Assembly: GCA_963664225.1 (NCBI GenBank)
Contig: OY760937.1
Coordinates: forward strand, 512,001 to 576,000
Length of the DNA: 64,000 nt
From: Verrucomicrobiia bacterium
Lineage (GTDB): Bacteria > Verrucomicrobiota > Verrucomicrobiia > Limisphaerales > UBA1319
Reading direction: 5' to 3'
How positions within the stretch are numbered: position 1 is the stretch's first letter; each line of letters opens with the position of its first letter. The notes under the pieces were generated by a model, which saw only the letters and a list, made by a program, of their open reading frames with translations, did not search any database and was not told where the DNA came from. Shown one piece after another: positions 19,006 through 29,100 of this stretch. Position numbers and translations under genes: made by a program.

Positions 19006-19707
19006 ATGAAAATCGACATCCTGACTTTGTTCCCCGGAATGTTTGCCGGGCCGTTGGATGAAAGTATCATCAAGCGCGCCAGGGATACGGGGTTGTTGGA
19101 ATTGGGTATTCATAATCTGAGGGATTATACCCATGACCGCCATAAAACGGTCGATGACCGTCCGTTTGGCGGAGGGCCTGGGATGTTGCTCAAGCCCGAA
19201 CCGATCTTTGAAGCGGTTGAACATCTCGCAAAGCCGGGGACACGCGTCATATTGATGACGCCGTCCGGCCGGGTGTTTAACCAGGCTGCGGCCAGGGAAT
19301 TGGCGCAGCGAGAGCATTTACTGCTGATATGCGGCAGTTATGAAGGTGTGGACGAACGTGTGCGCGAGGCTCTGGTGCATGAAGAATATTCAATCGGAGA
19401 CTATGTGCTCACGAATGGCGCGCTTCCGGCCATGGTGATTGTGGATGTGGTGGTTCGTTTGTTGCCAGGCGTTTTGGGAGATGATGAGAGCTCGCATGAG
19501 GAATCATTCAGCTCGAATTTGCTCGAATATGCCCAATACACGCGGCCAGCGGAATTTCGAGGGTTAAAGGTCCCCGAAAAGTTGCTGTCCGGGCATCATG
19601 CGGAGATTGCCAAGTGGCGAAGCGAACAGGCGCGGTTGCGCACGTTGGCCCGCCGACCAGAATTGTTGAAGAACGACGCCGGGGACCCGGCAAAAAAAGA
19701 AGAATAA
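19006..19707 (+). CDS. trmD: tRNA (guanine-N1)-methyltransferase
   Basis: [46 protein letters not shown]. Confidence 0.97.
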   Translation: MKIDILTLFPGMFAGPLDESIIKRARDTGLLELGIHNLRDYTHDRHKTVDDRPFGGGPGMLLKPEPIFEAVEHLAKPGTRVILMTPSGRVFNQAAARELAQREHLLLICGSYEGVDERVREALVHEEYSIGDYVLTNGALPAMVIVDVVVRLLPGVLGDDESSHEESFSSNLLEYAQYTRPAEFRGLKVPEKLLSGHHAEIAKWRSEQARLRTLARRPELLKNDAGDPAKKEE

Positions 19708-19710
19708 TTT

Positions 19711-20220
19711 ATGAGCCAAGCATTGTTTGACAAAATTGAATCAGAACATTTTCGCAAAGAGCCGCTGAAATTTGCGGTGGGCGACGCCGTGCGCGTTCAT
19801 ACGAAGGTCGTTGAAGGCGACAAGGAACGTATCCAGGTTTTTTCCGGCCTGGTCATCGGCCGTCGCGGTCGGGGTCTCAATGAAACTTTCACCGTGCGTC
19901 GCATCAGTTACGGCGAAGGGGTTGAGCGCATTTTTCCGGTCAATTCACCCCGGGTTGATAAGGTGGAAGTGGAACGCGCGGGTTCTGTGCGTCGCGCCAA
20001 GCTTTATTACCTGCGTGATCGCGTTGGTAAGAGCGCCACGACCGTGAAGGAGCGGAATACCCGCCTCACGCCGGCAACACCCGCTGAATTGGAAGCCAAA
20101 ACCGCAGCCAAAGCAGTGAAGACCGCAGCTAAAGCAGTGAAAACTGCCGCCAAGGCCGCGAGAACCACTGCCAAGGCGGAGAAGATCGCCGCCAAGTCAG
20201 AGAAGAAAGCTGCCAAGTAA
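19711..20220 (+). CDS. rplS: 50S ribosomal protein L19 with Lys/Ala-rich C-terminal tail
   Basis: [40 protein letters not shown]. Confidence 0.97.
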   Translation: MSQALFDKIESEHFRKEPLKFAVGDAVRVHTKVVEGDKERIQVFSGLVIGRRGRGLNETFTVRRISYGEGVERIFPVNSPRVDKVEVERAGSVRRAKLYYLRDRVGKSATTVKERNTRLTPATPAELEAKTAAKAVKTAAKAVKTAAKAARTTAKAEKIAAKSEKKAAK

Positions 20221-20283
20221 GCACGCCGCCGCGTGCGCACTGCGCGATACCGGTGAAAGTCGCGGCTTCTGTGCCGTGCCTGC

Positions 20284-20961
20284 TTGTCTTGTCTTGTGAG
20301 CCGGGACTCCGCCATCGACCGTTTTGAATTTGAGCGCGCCTTGATCGAACGCGGGATTGGGCGCGTGGCCGGAGTGGACGAAGCGGGTCGTGGCCCATTG
20401 GCCGGACCCGTAACAGCCGCCGCCGTTATTCTTCCCCAGGAATGGGTTATTTCAGGATTGCCGTCGCCGTTGACCGGTCTGAACGATTCCAAACAGCTTT
20501 CGCGCGCACAACGAGAGCGTTTCTTCGAGTTTCTTACCACTGAGAGCGAAGTCCTCTGGAATGTGCAAACCATTCCCGCCGAAATCATCGACGCAATCAA
20601 CATTCTCCAGGCCACGCATCGGGCGATGAATCAGGCTCTGGCCGCATTGAATCCAGCTCCTGAACATGCCTTGGTGGATGGACTGCCAGTCCGCTCGATG
20701 ACCGTGCTGCAGACCGCACTGGTCAAGGGGGATTCCCGCAGTTACTCGATTGCCGCAGCCAGTGTGCTGGCCAAAGTCATCCGGGATCGTCTGATGGCCG
20801 GTTTCGACCTCCAGTATCCCGGCTACGGCTTTGCCACACACAAGGGCTACGGCACGGCGAGCCACCTGGCGGCGATCACCCGGCTCGGGCCTTGCCCCAT
20901 ACACCGGCGGAGTTTTGCCCCGCTCAAGACGTCTCAATTGGATTTATTCCCGCAGCCATGA
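20284..20961 (+). CDS. rnhB: Ribonuclease HII
   Basis: AGVDEAGRGPLAGPV, LNDSKQLS, LVDG, KGD..SIAAASVLAKV, HKGYGT, HRRSF. Start codon uncertain (TTG 20284 or GTG 20296). Confidence 0.95.
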   Translation: MSCLVSRDSAIDRFEFERALIERGIGRVAGVDEAGRGPLAGPVTAAAVILPQEWVISGLPSPLTGLNDSKQLSRAQRERFFEFLTTESEVLWNVQTIPAEIIDAINILQATHRAMNQALAALNPAPEHALVDGLPVRSMTVLQTALVKGDSRSYSIAAASVLAKVIRDRLMAGFDLQYPGYGFATHKGYGTASHLAAITRLGPCPIHRRSFAPLKTSQLDLFPQP

Positions 20962-21392
20962 GAGAGCTTTGGCAACGCCTGGCCGTTTGGTGGAGTGGCC
21001 ACGAGGCCTTGCCCCAAAATCTCGCTCATGGGCGCTCAGGGGAACAGGCCGCCAAACGTCATCTTCAAAAACTCGGGCTGAAATATTTGACGGCTAATTT
21101 CCGTGGGAAACGCGGCGAGATCGATCTGGTTTTTCGCGATGGAGATTGCCTGGTTTTCGTGGAGGTGAAAGCCCGCTCCAAAGACAGTTGGACGCGACCT
21201 GCCGCCGCGGTGAACAAGAGAAAGCGAATGCGGTTGACGCACACAGCATTCGACTATTTGCGCCTGTTGGATTCTCCCCCCGTGAAGGTGCGGTTTGATG
21301 TGGTGGAGGTGGTGCTCCAAGGGGACGCCGTGGATGAGGTGCGCCACCTGCCGAACGCGTTTCCGATGAGCGCGCCTTTTCGGTATGGCTGA
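20958..21392 (+). CDS. yraN: YraN family putative endonuclease
   Basis: GEQAA, GEIDLV, LVFVEVKAR, RFDVV. ATGA-coupled to rnhB. Confidence 0.9.
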   Translation: MRELWQRLAVWWSGHEALPQNLAHGRSGEQAAKRHLQKLGLKYLTANFRGKRGEIDLVFRDGDCLVFVEVKARSKDSWTRPAAAVNKRKRMRLTHTAFDYLRLLDSPPVKVRFDVVEVVLQGDAVDEVRHLPNAFPMSAPFRYG

Positions 21393-21666
21393 TCCGGTGA
21401 TTCTGACGATTTCTTAAGTGTGGCAGGTAACAGAATTATCGATCAAGAATCGATGCAATGAACAGGACCAGCGAGGCGATTGAAAACGGGTGCAGCGATG
21501 ATGCAAAAACATCCGATGTATTCGTCCTTCGGAGTTTTGTCCCGCATGCATAAATCCTTCAATTGAAGCCATTGTCACGGGCTGGGTTTTGTGTCATAGT
21601 CCGTTCATTGCCTTGGTGGATTTACCACCTCAAGTTGCAGTGTTGTTTGCGATAGCTTGTGACGAA

Positions 21667-24600
21667 ATGAATCCACATTCAACTATAGTGCGCCAGAAGA
21701 TTGCGGGCCATGAAACGATCGATTCCATAAGCAGGGATGGCAGCGCACGCTTTATTGGCATCGATGTGGGGGCCGAAACCATCAAGGTGGTGGAGTTGGT
21801 CCGTCAAGGATCTGAACTGCATTGCGTTCGCAGGCAACGGATTGAGCATGGCAAGGAACCGGGTCCGGTACTTCTGGAACTATTGAAACAGTGGAACTGG
21901 TCCACCGTCGCCGGAGCGGCCATCACCGGCCGGTTGAGCCAGCAAGCGCGACTGCCCCAGGTTCCCATCAAGCAAGCCCAAACGCGGGGTTTTCGATTTC
22001 AATATGACGATGAGCCGGCGACGGTGGTTTCCATAGGAAGTCATGGTTATTCCGTGCTCGAATTACGTTCCAGTGGGATGGAGGTGTTCCGGGAGAATAA
22101 TCGTTGCAGCCAGGGCACGGGCAATTTTTTGCGGCAGTTGGTCGGGCGTTTTTCATTGTCGGTGGGTGAAGCGAGTGAATTATGCGCCGATGTTGAAAAA
22201 TCGGCCTCCCTGTCAGGACGATGTCCGGTGATTCTCAAAACGGACATGACGCATCTGGCCAATAAGGGCGAGGACCGGGCGGCGATATTGGCGGGACTGT
22301 TCGATGCGATCAGCAAGAATGTGATGGTGCTGATCAAACCGGACATGAGCCCGAAACGCGTGGTGTTGATCGGCGGTGTGAGCCAGTCGCGTCGCATTCA
22401 AAAAGTGTTTCGGGAGTCGTTTGAGGCTCTCGGGATGTCCCTGGATCCAAATCACTCGGAAGATGCCTTGTTTTTGGAAGCGCTGGGTAGCGCAATGGTG
22501 GCTTCGGAAACGAGCGGGGCACCCCCCGCTTTGGAAGCGCTGCTGGCTCCGCCCCGGAAGAATACCCTGGAAGTGCTCCCCGCCCTGGGAGAATTTCTAC
22601 CTCTGGTGCACCGGCTCAAGGCCGTTCCCATGGTTGATGTGAAGGGGGAATCCCGCCGACTGCTGCTGGGGCTGGACATTGGATCCACGGGGTCCAAGGC
22701 GGTGGCCATCGATGCCGCCACCAAGGCTCCGGTGTGGGAAGGATACCGGCAAACGAGCGGGGCTCCCGTCGAGGCGGCCCAGGCTTTGATCCAGCAATTC
22801 AGCGAGTGTACAGCGGGGCATTGCCCGGTGGTGGGATTTGGAGTCACGGGCAGCGGACGGGAAATTGTGGGATCGCTCCTGACGACGTGCTACGGGAAGG
22901 AAACGGTTTTCGTCCTGAACGAAATCGCCGCGCATGCCGAGGGGGCTCTGCATTTCGATCCGGCGGTGGATACGATTTTCGAGATTGGGGGTCAGGACGC
23001 CAAATACATCCGGCTGGCTGAAGGCCGCGTGGTGGATTGCGCGATGAACGAGGCATGCAGCGCAGGCACCGGTTCATTCATCGAGGAACAAGGCGGGAAA
23101 TTCTTAGGAATTCGCAACGTGATTCACCTGGGGGAGGAGGCGCTGGCGGCACGTACGGGGGTGTCTTTGGGACAGCATTGTTCGGTGTTCATGGCGGAAG
23201 TCATCGCCGAAGCCGTTGCGGCGGGAGTGAAACAACCATCGATCATCGCCGGTTTATACGATTCCATTGTTCAGAACTACCTCAATCGTGTCAAAGGCAG
23301 CCGGTCCGTGGGCCAGGTTATTTTTTGCCAGGGAATGCCTTTTTCCTCCGATGCGCTGGCGGCCGCGGTGGCGCGTCAGACCGGCAGCCGGGTGGTGATT
23401 CCGCCCAATCCCGGAACAGTGGGCGCGCTGGGAATTGCCCTGCTTGCCAGCAAGGAACTTGCAACTGGAGAATTAAAGCCGCTCGATGCCAGCCGGTTTC
23501 TAAATGCGCGCATCAAGGGAAAGGACACCTTTGTATGCGCCTCAAAAACGGGGTGCGGCGGGGCGGGCAATCATTGCCGGATAGACCGTTTGCAGACCCT
23601 GGTCGATGGACAATCGCAGCGGTTTACCTGGGGTGGCGGATGTGCGCTATACGATAAAGGGACGCGCAAACGCAAACTTCCCAACCTGGCGCCCGATCCA
23701 TTTCGCGAGCGCGACGAATTGGTGCAATCCCTGGCGGACTCATTGACACGGATCGATGGGCGGTCTGCGATTGCAATGGCGGACGAGTTCATGCTGAAGG
23801 GACTGTTCCCGTTCTTTGCCCGGTTTTTCAACGCTTTGGGGTTTAATGTGGAGTGTCATCTCAAGGCCGATCAGGCTGCTTTAAAGCGCGGTGTGCAGAA
23901 GGCCAATGTGCCTTATTGCGCCCCCATGCAGTTGTTTCACGGACTGGCCGGCCAGATGGCGGATTCAAAGGCGGAATGGCTGTTTATTCCCATGCTTCGT
24001 GAGATGGCGCGTAGTGCGGGCGAGGATATGTCCAAAACGTGTCCCCTGGCCCAGGCTGCTCCTGACATTCTACGGCTGGATTACGGCGATGCCGTTGCGC
24101 GTCGAATCCTGTCTCCAGTGGTGGATTGTGGTGAAGGAAATCTTGACGCGGAGGTGTTCAAGAAATGCTGCCGCGAGCTTGCGATTCAGCTTTGCGGAAG
24201 CGGCGCGGATTGGGCTGCGGCATTCGACGTGGCGCACAAGACGCAATCTGATTTCGATGCCCGATGTTTGGATCTGGGACGCAGGGCATTGGATTTTTGT
24301 CGTGAGCATAACATTCCACCGGTTGTGGTTATCGGGCGGCCTTACACGATTTACAACACGGTGCTCAATTCAAACGTCCCTTCCATTTTGCGGGAACAAG
24401 GGGCCATAGGAATACCAATCGACTGTTTTGAAGTGCGGGACGATTCCCCTGTGTTTGGCATGATGTTTTGGGGCCATGGGCAGCGCATCATGCGCACGGC
24501 GCACGATGTGCGACGAATGTCCGGTGTTTACAGCGTTTATTGCAGCAATTACTCCTGCGGGCCGGATAGTTTCATACTGCATTTTTACTCGCACATCATG

Positions 24601-26016
24601 GAAGGCAAGCCGTTCGCCATCATTGAAACGGACGGCCATTCCGGGGATGCGGGAACCAAGACGCGCGTGGAAGCGTTCCTGCACTGTGTGCAGCAGGACC
24701 GGTGCGTGGCGCGGAATGGGGTTGGCGCGAACGATTTTCTGAAGCTTGAACTTAAGCCGATGACTCTCAAGGACGCGGCTTCAGGCGGTCGCACGCTTTT
24801 GATCCCAATGATGGGGCCGGGCGCCCGTGCGATTGAGGCCTGTTTCAAAGGGATCGGGATGAGTGCTGAAACACTGCCTGTCCCGGATCGGGATTGTTTG
24901 AGACTGGGACGGCGTCTTACCTCGGGCAAGGAGTGTCTGCCGATGTGCACCACACTGGGGAGTCTCCTCAAACGAATGCAATCCGAACCAGACAAGACCC
25001 GGCGCTTCACGTATCTCATGCCACGGGCGCAGGGGCCGTGCCGGTTTGGAATTTATAATCTGCTCAATCAAATCGCCTTGGATCGAATTAAACTCAGGGA
25101 TCGGGTGCAGATTTGGTCGCCGGTGGAATCCGGTTATTTCGACGGATTGGAACCCAAGGTCGGTGTGGTGGTTTATTCAGGCTGGGTGGCATTGGATTTC
25201 TTGCTGGGCGGTCTTCTGCATTCACGGCCCGTGGAAAGCCAGCCGGGTGCGGCACAGGCCATCTATGACAAGTATTCCACCCAATTGCTTCAGCGGCTTG
25301 AAAGGGTAGTCGGGGAAAAAACATCCAAGACCAGGACCTTATGGGAAGTGGCGCGAGGGACATTGTTCGGAATTTCGCAATTGGCTGCCGAGGCGGCGCG
25401 GGATTTTGCAAAAATATGCACAACGGCTGACAAGCCGCTTGTGCTAATGGTGGGCGAGATTTACGTCCGATGCGACGATTTTTCTAATGACAACATCGTG
25501 CGCAAACTCGAGGAGCGCGGTTTGCGGGTGCGACTGGCGCCATTTAATGAATTCATGGAATATATCGATTTTTACAATCGAATTCAGTGTGGAAAGAATG
25601 GCTGGAGCGCCCAAATAAGCTCCTGGGTCCAGCGGCGGATTCAGGACGTGGTGTATGAAACCATGGCCGGACCTCTGGGATGGCCGCGTCGCACCCGGAT
25701 TGCGGATACGCTTGAGGCCGTGCGTCCTTATCTGCGCAGCCAACTGGCCGGGGAGGCGGTGTTGACGTTGGGCAATCCGTTGTACGAGTGGAAGCATGGA
25801 TTGATCGATGCGGTCATTAGCGTCGGTCCGCTGGAATGCATGCCCAATAAAATCGCGGAAGCCCAATTCTTCCACATGGCTGAGCGCGACGGACTGCTGA
25901 ATCTGACTTTGTCGATGAATGGGGATCCTCTGGATACGCAGAGTCTGGATAATTTCGCGTTTGAGGTGCGCATGCGCCATGAGCGCAAGGGACGGCCACT
26001 GCCAGCTCAGACCTGA
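21667..26016 (+). CDS. Fused acyl-CoA dehydratase activase x2 + DUF2229 + 2-hydroxyacyl-CoA dehydratase-like protein (PlsA/Ger architecture)
   Basis: Two ASKHA activase domains (GIDVGAETIK/RCSQGTG/GRCPV; GLDIGSTGSK/EIGGQDAK/CSAGTGSF/HCSVF), then PYCAP, KTCP, SCGPD, ETDGHSGDAGTKTRVEAF, GKECLP, GPCRFG, VGEIYVR, GPLECMP. Confidence 0.88.
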   Translation: MNPHSTIVRQKIAGHETIDSISRDGSARFIGIDVGAETIKVVELVRQGSELHCVRRQRIEHGKEPGPVLLELLKQWNWSTVAGAAITGRLSQQARLPQVPIKQAQTRGFRFQYDDEPATVVSIGSHGYSVLELRSSGMEVFRENNRCSQGTGNFLRQLVGRFSLSVGEASELCADVEKSASLSGRCPVILKTDMTHLANKGEDRAAILAGLFDAISKNVMVLIKPDMSPKRVVLIGGVSQSRRIQKVFRESFEALGMSLDPNHSEDALFLEALGSAMVASETSGAPPALEALLAPPRKNTLEVLPALGEFLPLVHRLKAVPMVDVKGESRRLLLGLDIGSTGSKAVAIDAATKAPVWEGYRQTSGAPVEAAQALIQQFSECTAGHCPVVGFGVTGSGREIVGSLLTTCYGKETVFVLNEIAAHAEGALHFDPAVDTIFEIGGQDAKYIRLAEGRVVDCAMNEACSAGTGSFIEEQGGKFLGIRNVIHLGEEALAARTGVSLGQHCSVFMAEVIAEAVAAGVKQPSIIAGLYDSIVQNYLNRVKGSRSVGQVIFCQGMPFSSDALAAAVARQTGSRVVIPPNPGTVGALGIALLASKELATGELKPLDASRFLNARIKGKDTFVCASKTGCGGAGNHCRIDRLQTLVDGQSQRFTWGGGCALYDKGTRKRKLPNLAPDPFRERDELVQSLADSLTRIDGRSAIAMADEFMLKGLFPFFARFFNALGFNVECHLKADQAALKRGVQKANVPYCAPMQLFHGLAGQMADSKAEWLFIPMLREMARSAGEDMSKTCPLAQAAPDILRLDYGDAVARRILSPVVDCGEGNLDAEVFKKCCRELAIQLCGSGADWAAAFDVAHKTQSDFDARCLDLGRRALDFCREHNIPPVVVIGRPYTIYNTVLNSNVPSILREQGAIGIPIDCFEVRDDSPVFGMMFWGHGQRIMRTAHDVRRMSGVYSVYCSNYSCGPDSFILHFYSHIMEGKPFAIIETDGHSGDAGTKTRVEAFLHCVQQDRCVARNGVGANDFLKLELKPMTLKDAASGGRTLLIPMMGPGARAIEACFKGIGMSAETLPVPDRDCLRLGRRLTSGKECLPMCTTLGSLLKRMQSEPDKTRRFTYLMPRAQGPCRFGIYNLLNQIALDRIKLRDRVQIWSPVESGYFDGLEPKVGVVVYSGWVALDFLLGGLLHSRPVESQPGAAQAIYDKYSTQLLQRLERVVGEKTSKTRTLWEVARGTLFGISQLAAEAARDFAKICTTADKPLVLMVGEIYVRCDDFSNDNIVRKLEERGLRVRLAPFNEFMEYIDFYNRIQCGKNGWSAQISSWVQRRIQDVVYETMAGPLGWPRRTRIADTLEAVRPYLRSQLAGEAVLTLGNPLYEWKHGLIDAVISVGPLECMPNKIAEAQFFHMAERDGLLNLTLSMNGDPLDTQSLDNFAFEVRMRHERKGRPLPAQT

Positions 26017-26089
26017 TCGAAGTGCAAACCGGATGGAGGCATGTAAAGGGCGGTCTTTGTTTGGCTTTTCGCCTGCAAATTGAGCGATG

Positions 26090-26114
26090 AAAAAGGGGAG
26101 GTTTGAACCTCCCC
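26090..26114 (-). terminator. Intrinsic terminator for the 1135-aa gene
   Basis: Minus strand GGGGAGGT-TCAA-ACCTCCCC followed by TTTTT. Confidence 0.7.
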
Positions 26115-26167
26115 GTGTCTTAAACTCAGTGCAATGCATCCAGGCAATTTTCTGGACCACGCAAAGT

Positions 26168-29100
26168 TTATCTCCCGGCGGCCGCGCGGAAAAATTTGTT
26201 GCCCGTCATCGTATTGGTCATGGGGCTTGTGGCGCTGGGCACGTCGGCATAGGGACCTTTGACCACATCAGCCGATTGGAGCCTGCCGGTAAAAGTCAGG
26301 ACAATGGCGGTCTTCTGACGGGTGAATGAGAGCGTGGGTTGCTGCGGCACCAGCGATCGAGCCGTGAAGGCTTTGAGACCTGTTGGATTGGCCGGATCGT
26401 TGAGGAGATACTTTTCCCCGTTTTTCGATGCGACAAACCATTCGCAGCTCGCAGCACCAGTTCCCTGTTCGTAGGTGCAGCGGAATGGATAGACGCCGGC
26501 TTGAGGCACGAGAAAACTAAAGATCGTATCCGAGGCGTTGCGATGTCCGTTGAATTCCGCCAGACGTGGCGTGGGATCGTCCCCCAGGACAGCCGTGACA
26601 CCTTCCGCAAGATGCGTCTTCAGCAAGGCGGCGTCGGCCTTCATCATCATTAAGGCCGGAATCCTTGGGAGATCCATGGGAATACCGGTCATCACGAAGG
26701 GCAGGGCGCCTTCATTGGTGGTTGCATCTCGATCATTGACCATGATCACGGCAACGGCTCCCGCGCGTAATGCGCGATTGAGTTGGAGGGTGAAGCTGTT
26801 GGTGCCGCGATCGATCATTACGATATTGCCTTTGATTTCGTTCGTATTCGTCAATTCCGTTTCCGCCTGATGCGGGAGGGCATAAACGATTTTTGCGGAG
26901 ATGGCGTTGGTGGGCAATGTGAGAGCGATGCCGCCGTTTTCGGCACCGCCCGAGATCGCGCCATACTGGCGTGCGATTGCCGCGGGCGCCACAATCCGGA
27001 CGGCTCCGATGTTCGTGCCCGCCTGTTCGGCCGCCTGCACGCGGAAACCGTCATCGCTGTTAACTCCCATGCGGTAATAACCGGCGGCGGGGAATTCGAT
27101 ATAGGTGACGATTTCCGCCGCGATATCGCCAAAGCCCAGTTCCGTCATGTTACCGCCGCCGATACCGGGCATGCCGGGAATTAATTGATCGGGGTGCGCG
27201 GGAGCGACGAAATTACCCTGTTCGGCGCCGAGGCCTTCGGCGTCACGGTTCCAATTGATTACCGTGTTGTTGAAAGCTCCATTGGTGTCTGCCAGGGAGA
27301 GGTCGGCGCTATTGGTGCCGAACAGACCGAGCAATTGCTGTTCAGTCCAGGTGCTGGCGTTGACCAGGCCGAGGGTTTGGTTTGGATCCGCGCTGGCGGG
27401 CCAGATTTGAAAGATCTTCGCTCGAAACCCGGGTTGGTTGGTGTCGCCAGTGCCGGTGGGAGTTGCCAGATCGAGGGGCAGCACGGGCACGCCGGTTTGG
27501 GCGATAAAGCTCCAGGTATTGGATACGGCGCTTGCGGGTGTGGCCGTGTCCGAATAGAGAATCGTTGCGGTGTTCGTGGAACCTTGTGCAAATAGGTTGG
27601 TCGGAGAATAGAGGACGAAGGTGTTCCCGTTGGTGCGCGTAACCTGGGCCACGACTTTTTTACCGTTGAGGAACAATTGAATCGAGTTGGTGTCCACTGG
27701 TGTCGTGCCATCGGCCAATTCCAGCCAGAGATCGCTATCCAGTCCCACTGAAGCGGCGCCGGGCGTTGGTTTGGCGGCCACCGCATAAGGAGGTTCCGGG
27801 ACGATTAGACGAGCGTAAGCGTTGATGGAACCCCGGAGGTTGGGAACATTGATGGGGACTTTGTAACCATCCGGATTTTGCATGTACCACTCCAGGTTGG
27901 CGTCGCCGCCGCTTTGCCACCAGAGGGCGCGGAAGGGATAAAAACCGGGTTTGGTGACGAGGAATGAAAAGACCGTGTCCGAAGCGCCCAGACCATCGGT
28001 GAACAGGCCCAGGTTCAGGCCGAATGCGTCCCTGGGGGAACTGGCGGTATAAACGGCAAATCCGTCGTCGCAATTGACTCCCATGGTGTAAAGACCTGCT
28101 TTGGGGAACTCCAGGTAACTGACAATTTCCATGGCCATGTTGGCAACGCCATTGGCGGCTGTGTCGATGGAGGGGATGGCCGCGTCCTGAAATTCCGGGG
28201 CCTGGAAATTGCCCACCTGCAATTGCGAGCCTTGATTCACATTGATGCTGTAATTGATGATGGACGATTCCACGTTGGTGGGATTGGTGGCCAGATTGGG
28301 ATAGGGCGCGCCGGTTTCGGAATCCAGGATTTGATTGCTGAGTTGTTGAACGCAGCGATCCAGCGTGGCGGGAAGTTCGGGACCGCCAACCTGGCTGATG
28401 AATTCTGTGAACCCAGGCGCAGTGGTATCGATATTAGTCGAGGTCACAGCGAAGGATTCCGGCACGACCACATAAGGGGCGACGGTCAGCCTGCGCGTGA
28501 GTGTCGTGGTCTGATTGGCGGTGTCAGCAAAGGAGATCTGCACAAGCCTCGAGGCGCCTGCGGCAAGCCAATTGGGCGTCAGATCGTTTTGCACCAAAGT
28601 GACGGAATCCGTGGTGGACACGAGGCTGGGCGCAATGGTTGAACCATTCAGCTTCAAGGCAATCGTGTTGGTTTTGACGGAGGCTCCGGGCACATCCAAC
28701 AGTTCCGCGTAAATGCCCGAAGGCAGGAGTTTCAATACGGAAACGACTGGTGAATTTGCGAGTTGAGTGGCGATTTGGACGTTGTCGATCTGGATTATTT
28801 CATGCGCGCCGCTGGTGCGACCCGCCAGAATCCACCGGCACACTCCCGGGTTAAATCCGGTCTGGAAATTGGTGACAACGGTCGCGCCTTTCCAAACGAC
28901 ATTCAGCACGCCATTTTCATCCAGGTTTACTGCGCATTTGGCCCAGCCCAACAGTTCGCCCGAGCCGGGATTATTCAGGCTTCTGGGACCGGTTTGCAGC
29001 GAAGTGGAATCATTGACGGCGCCGTTTAGTGTCGGCACTGGGAATTGTGCCAGCAGCACATTGTCCACCCGAACGCTGATGCCGATGACGTCGCCCGCTC

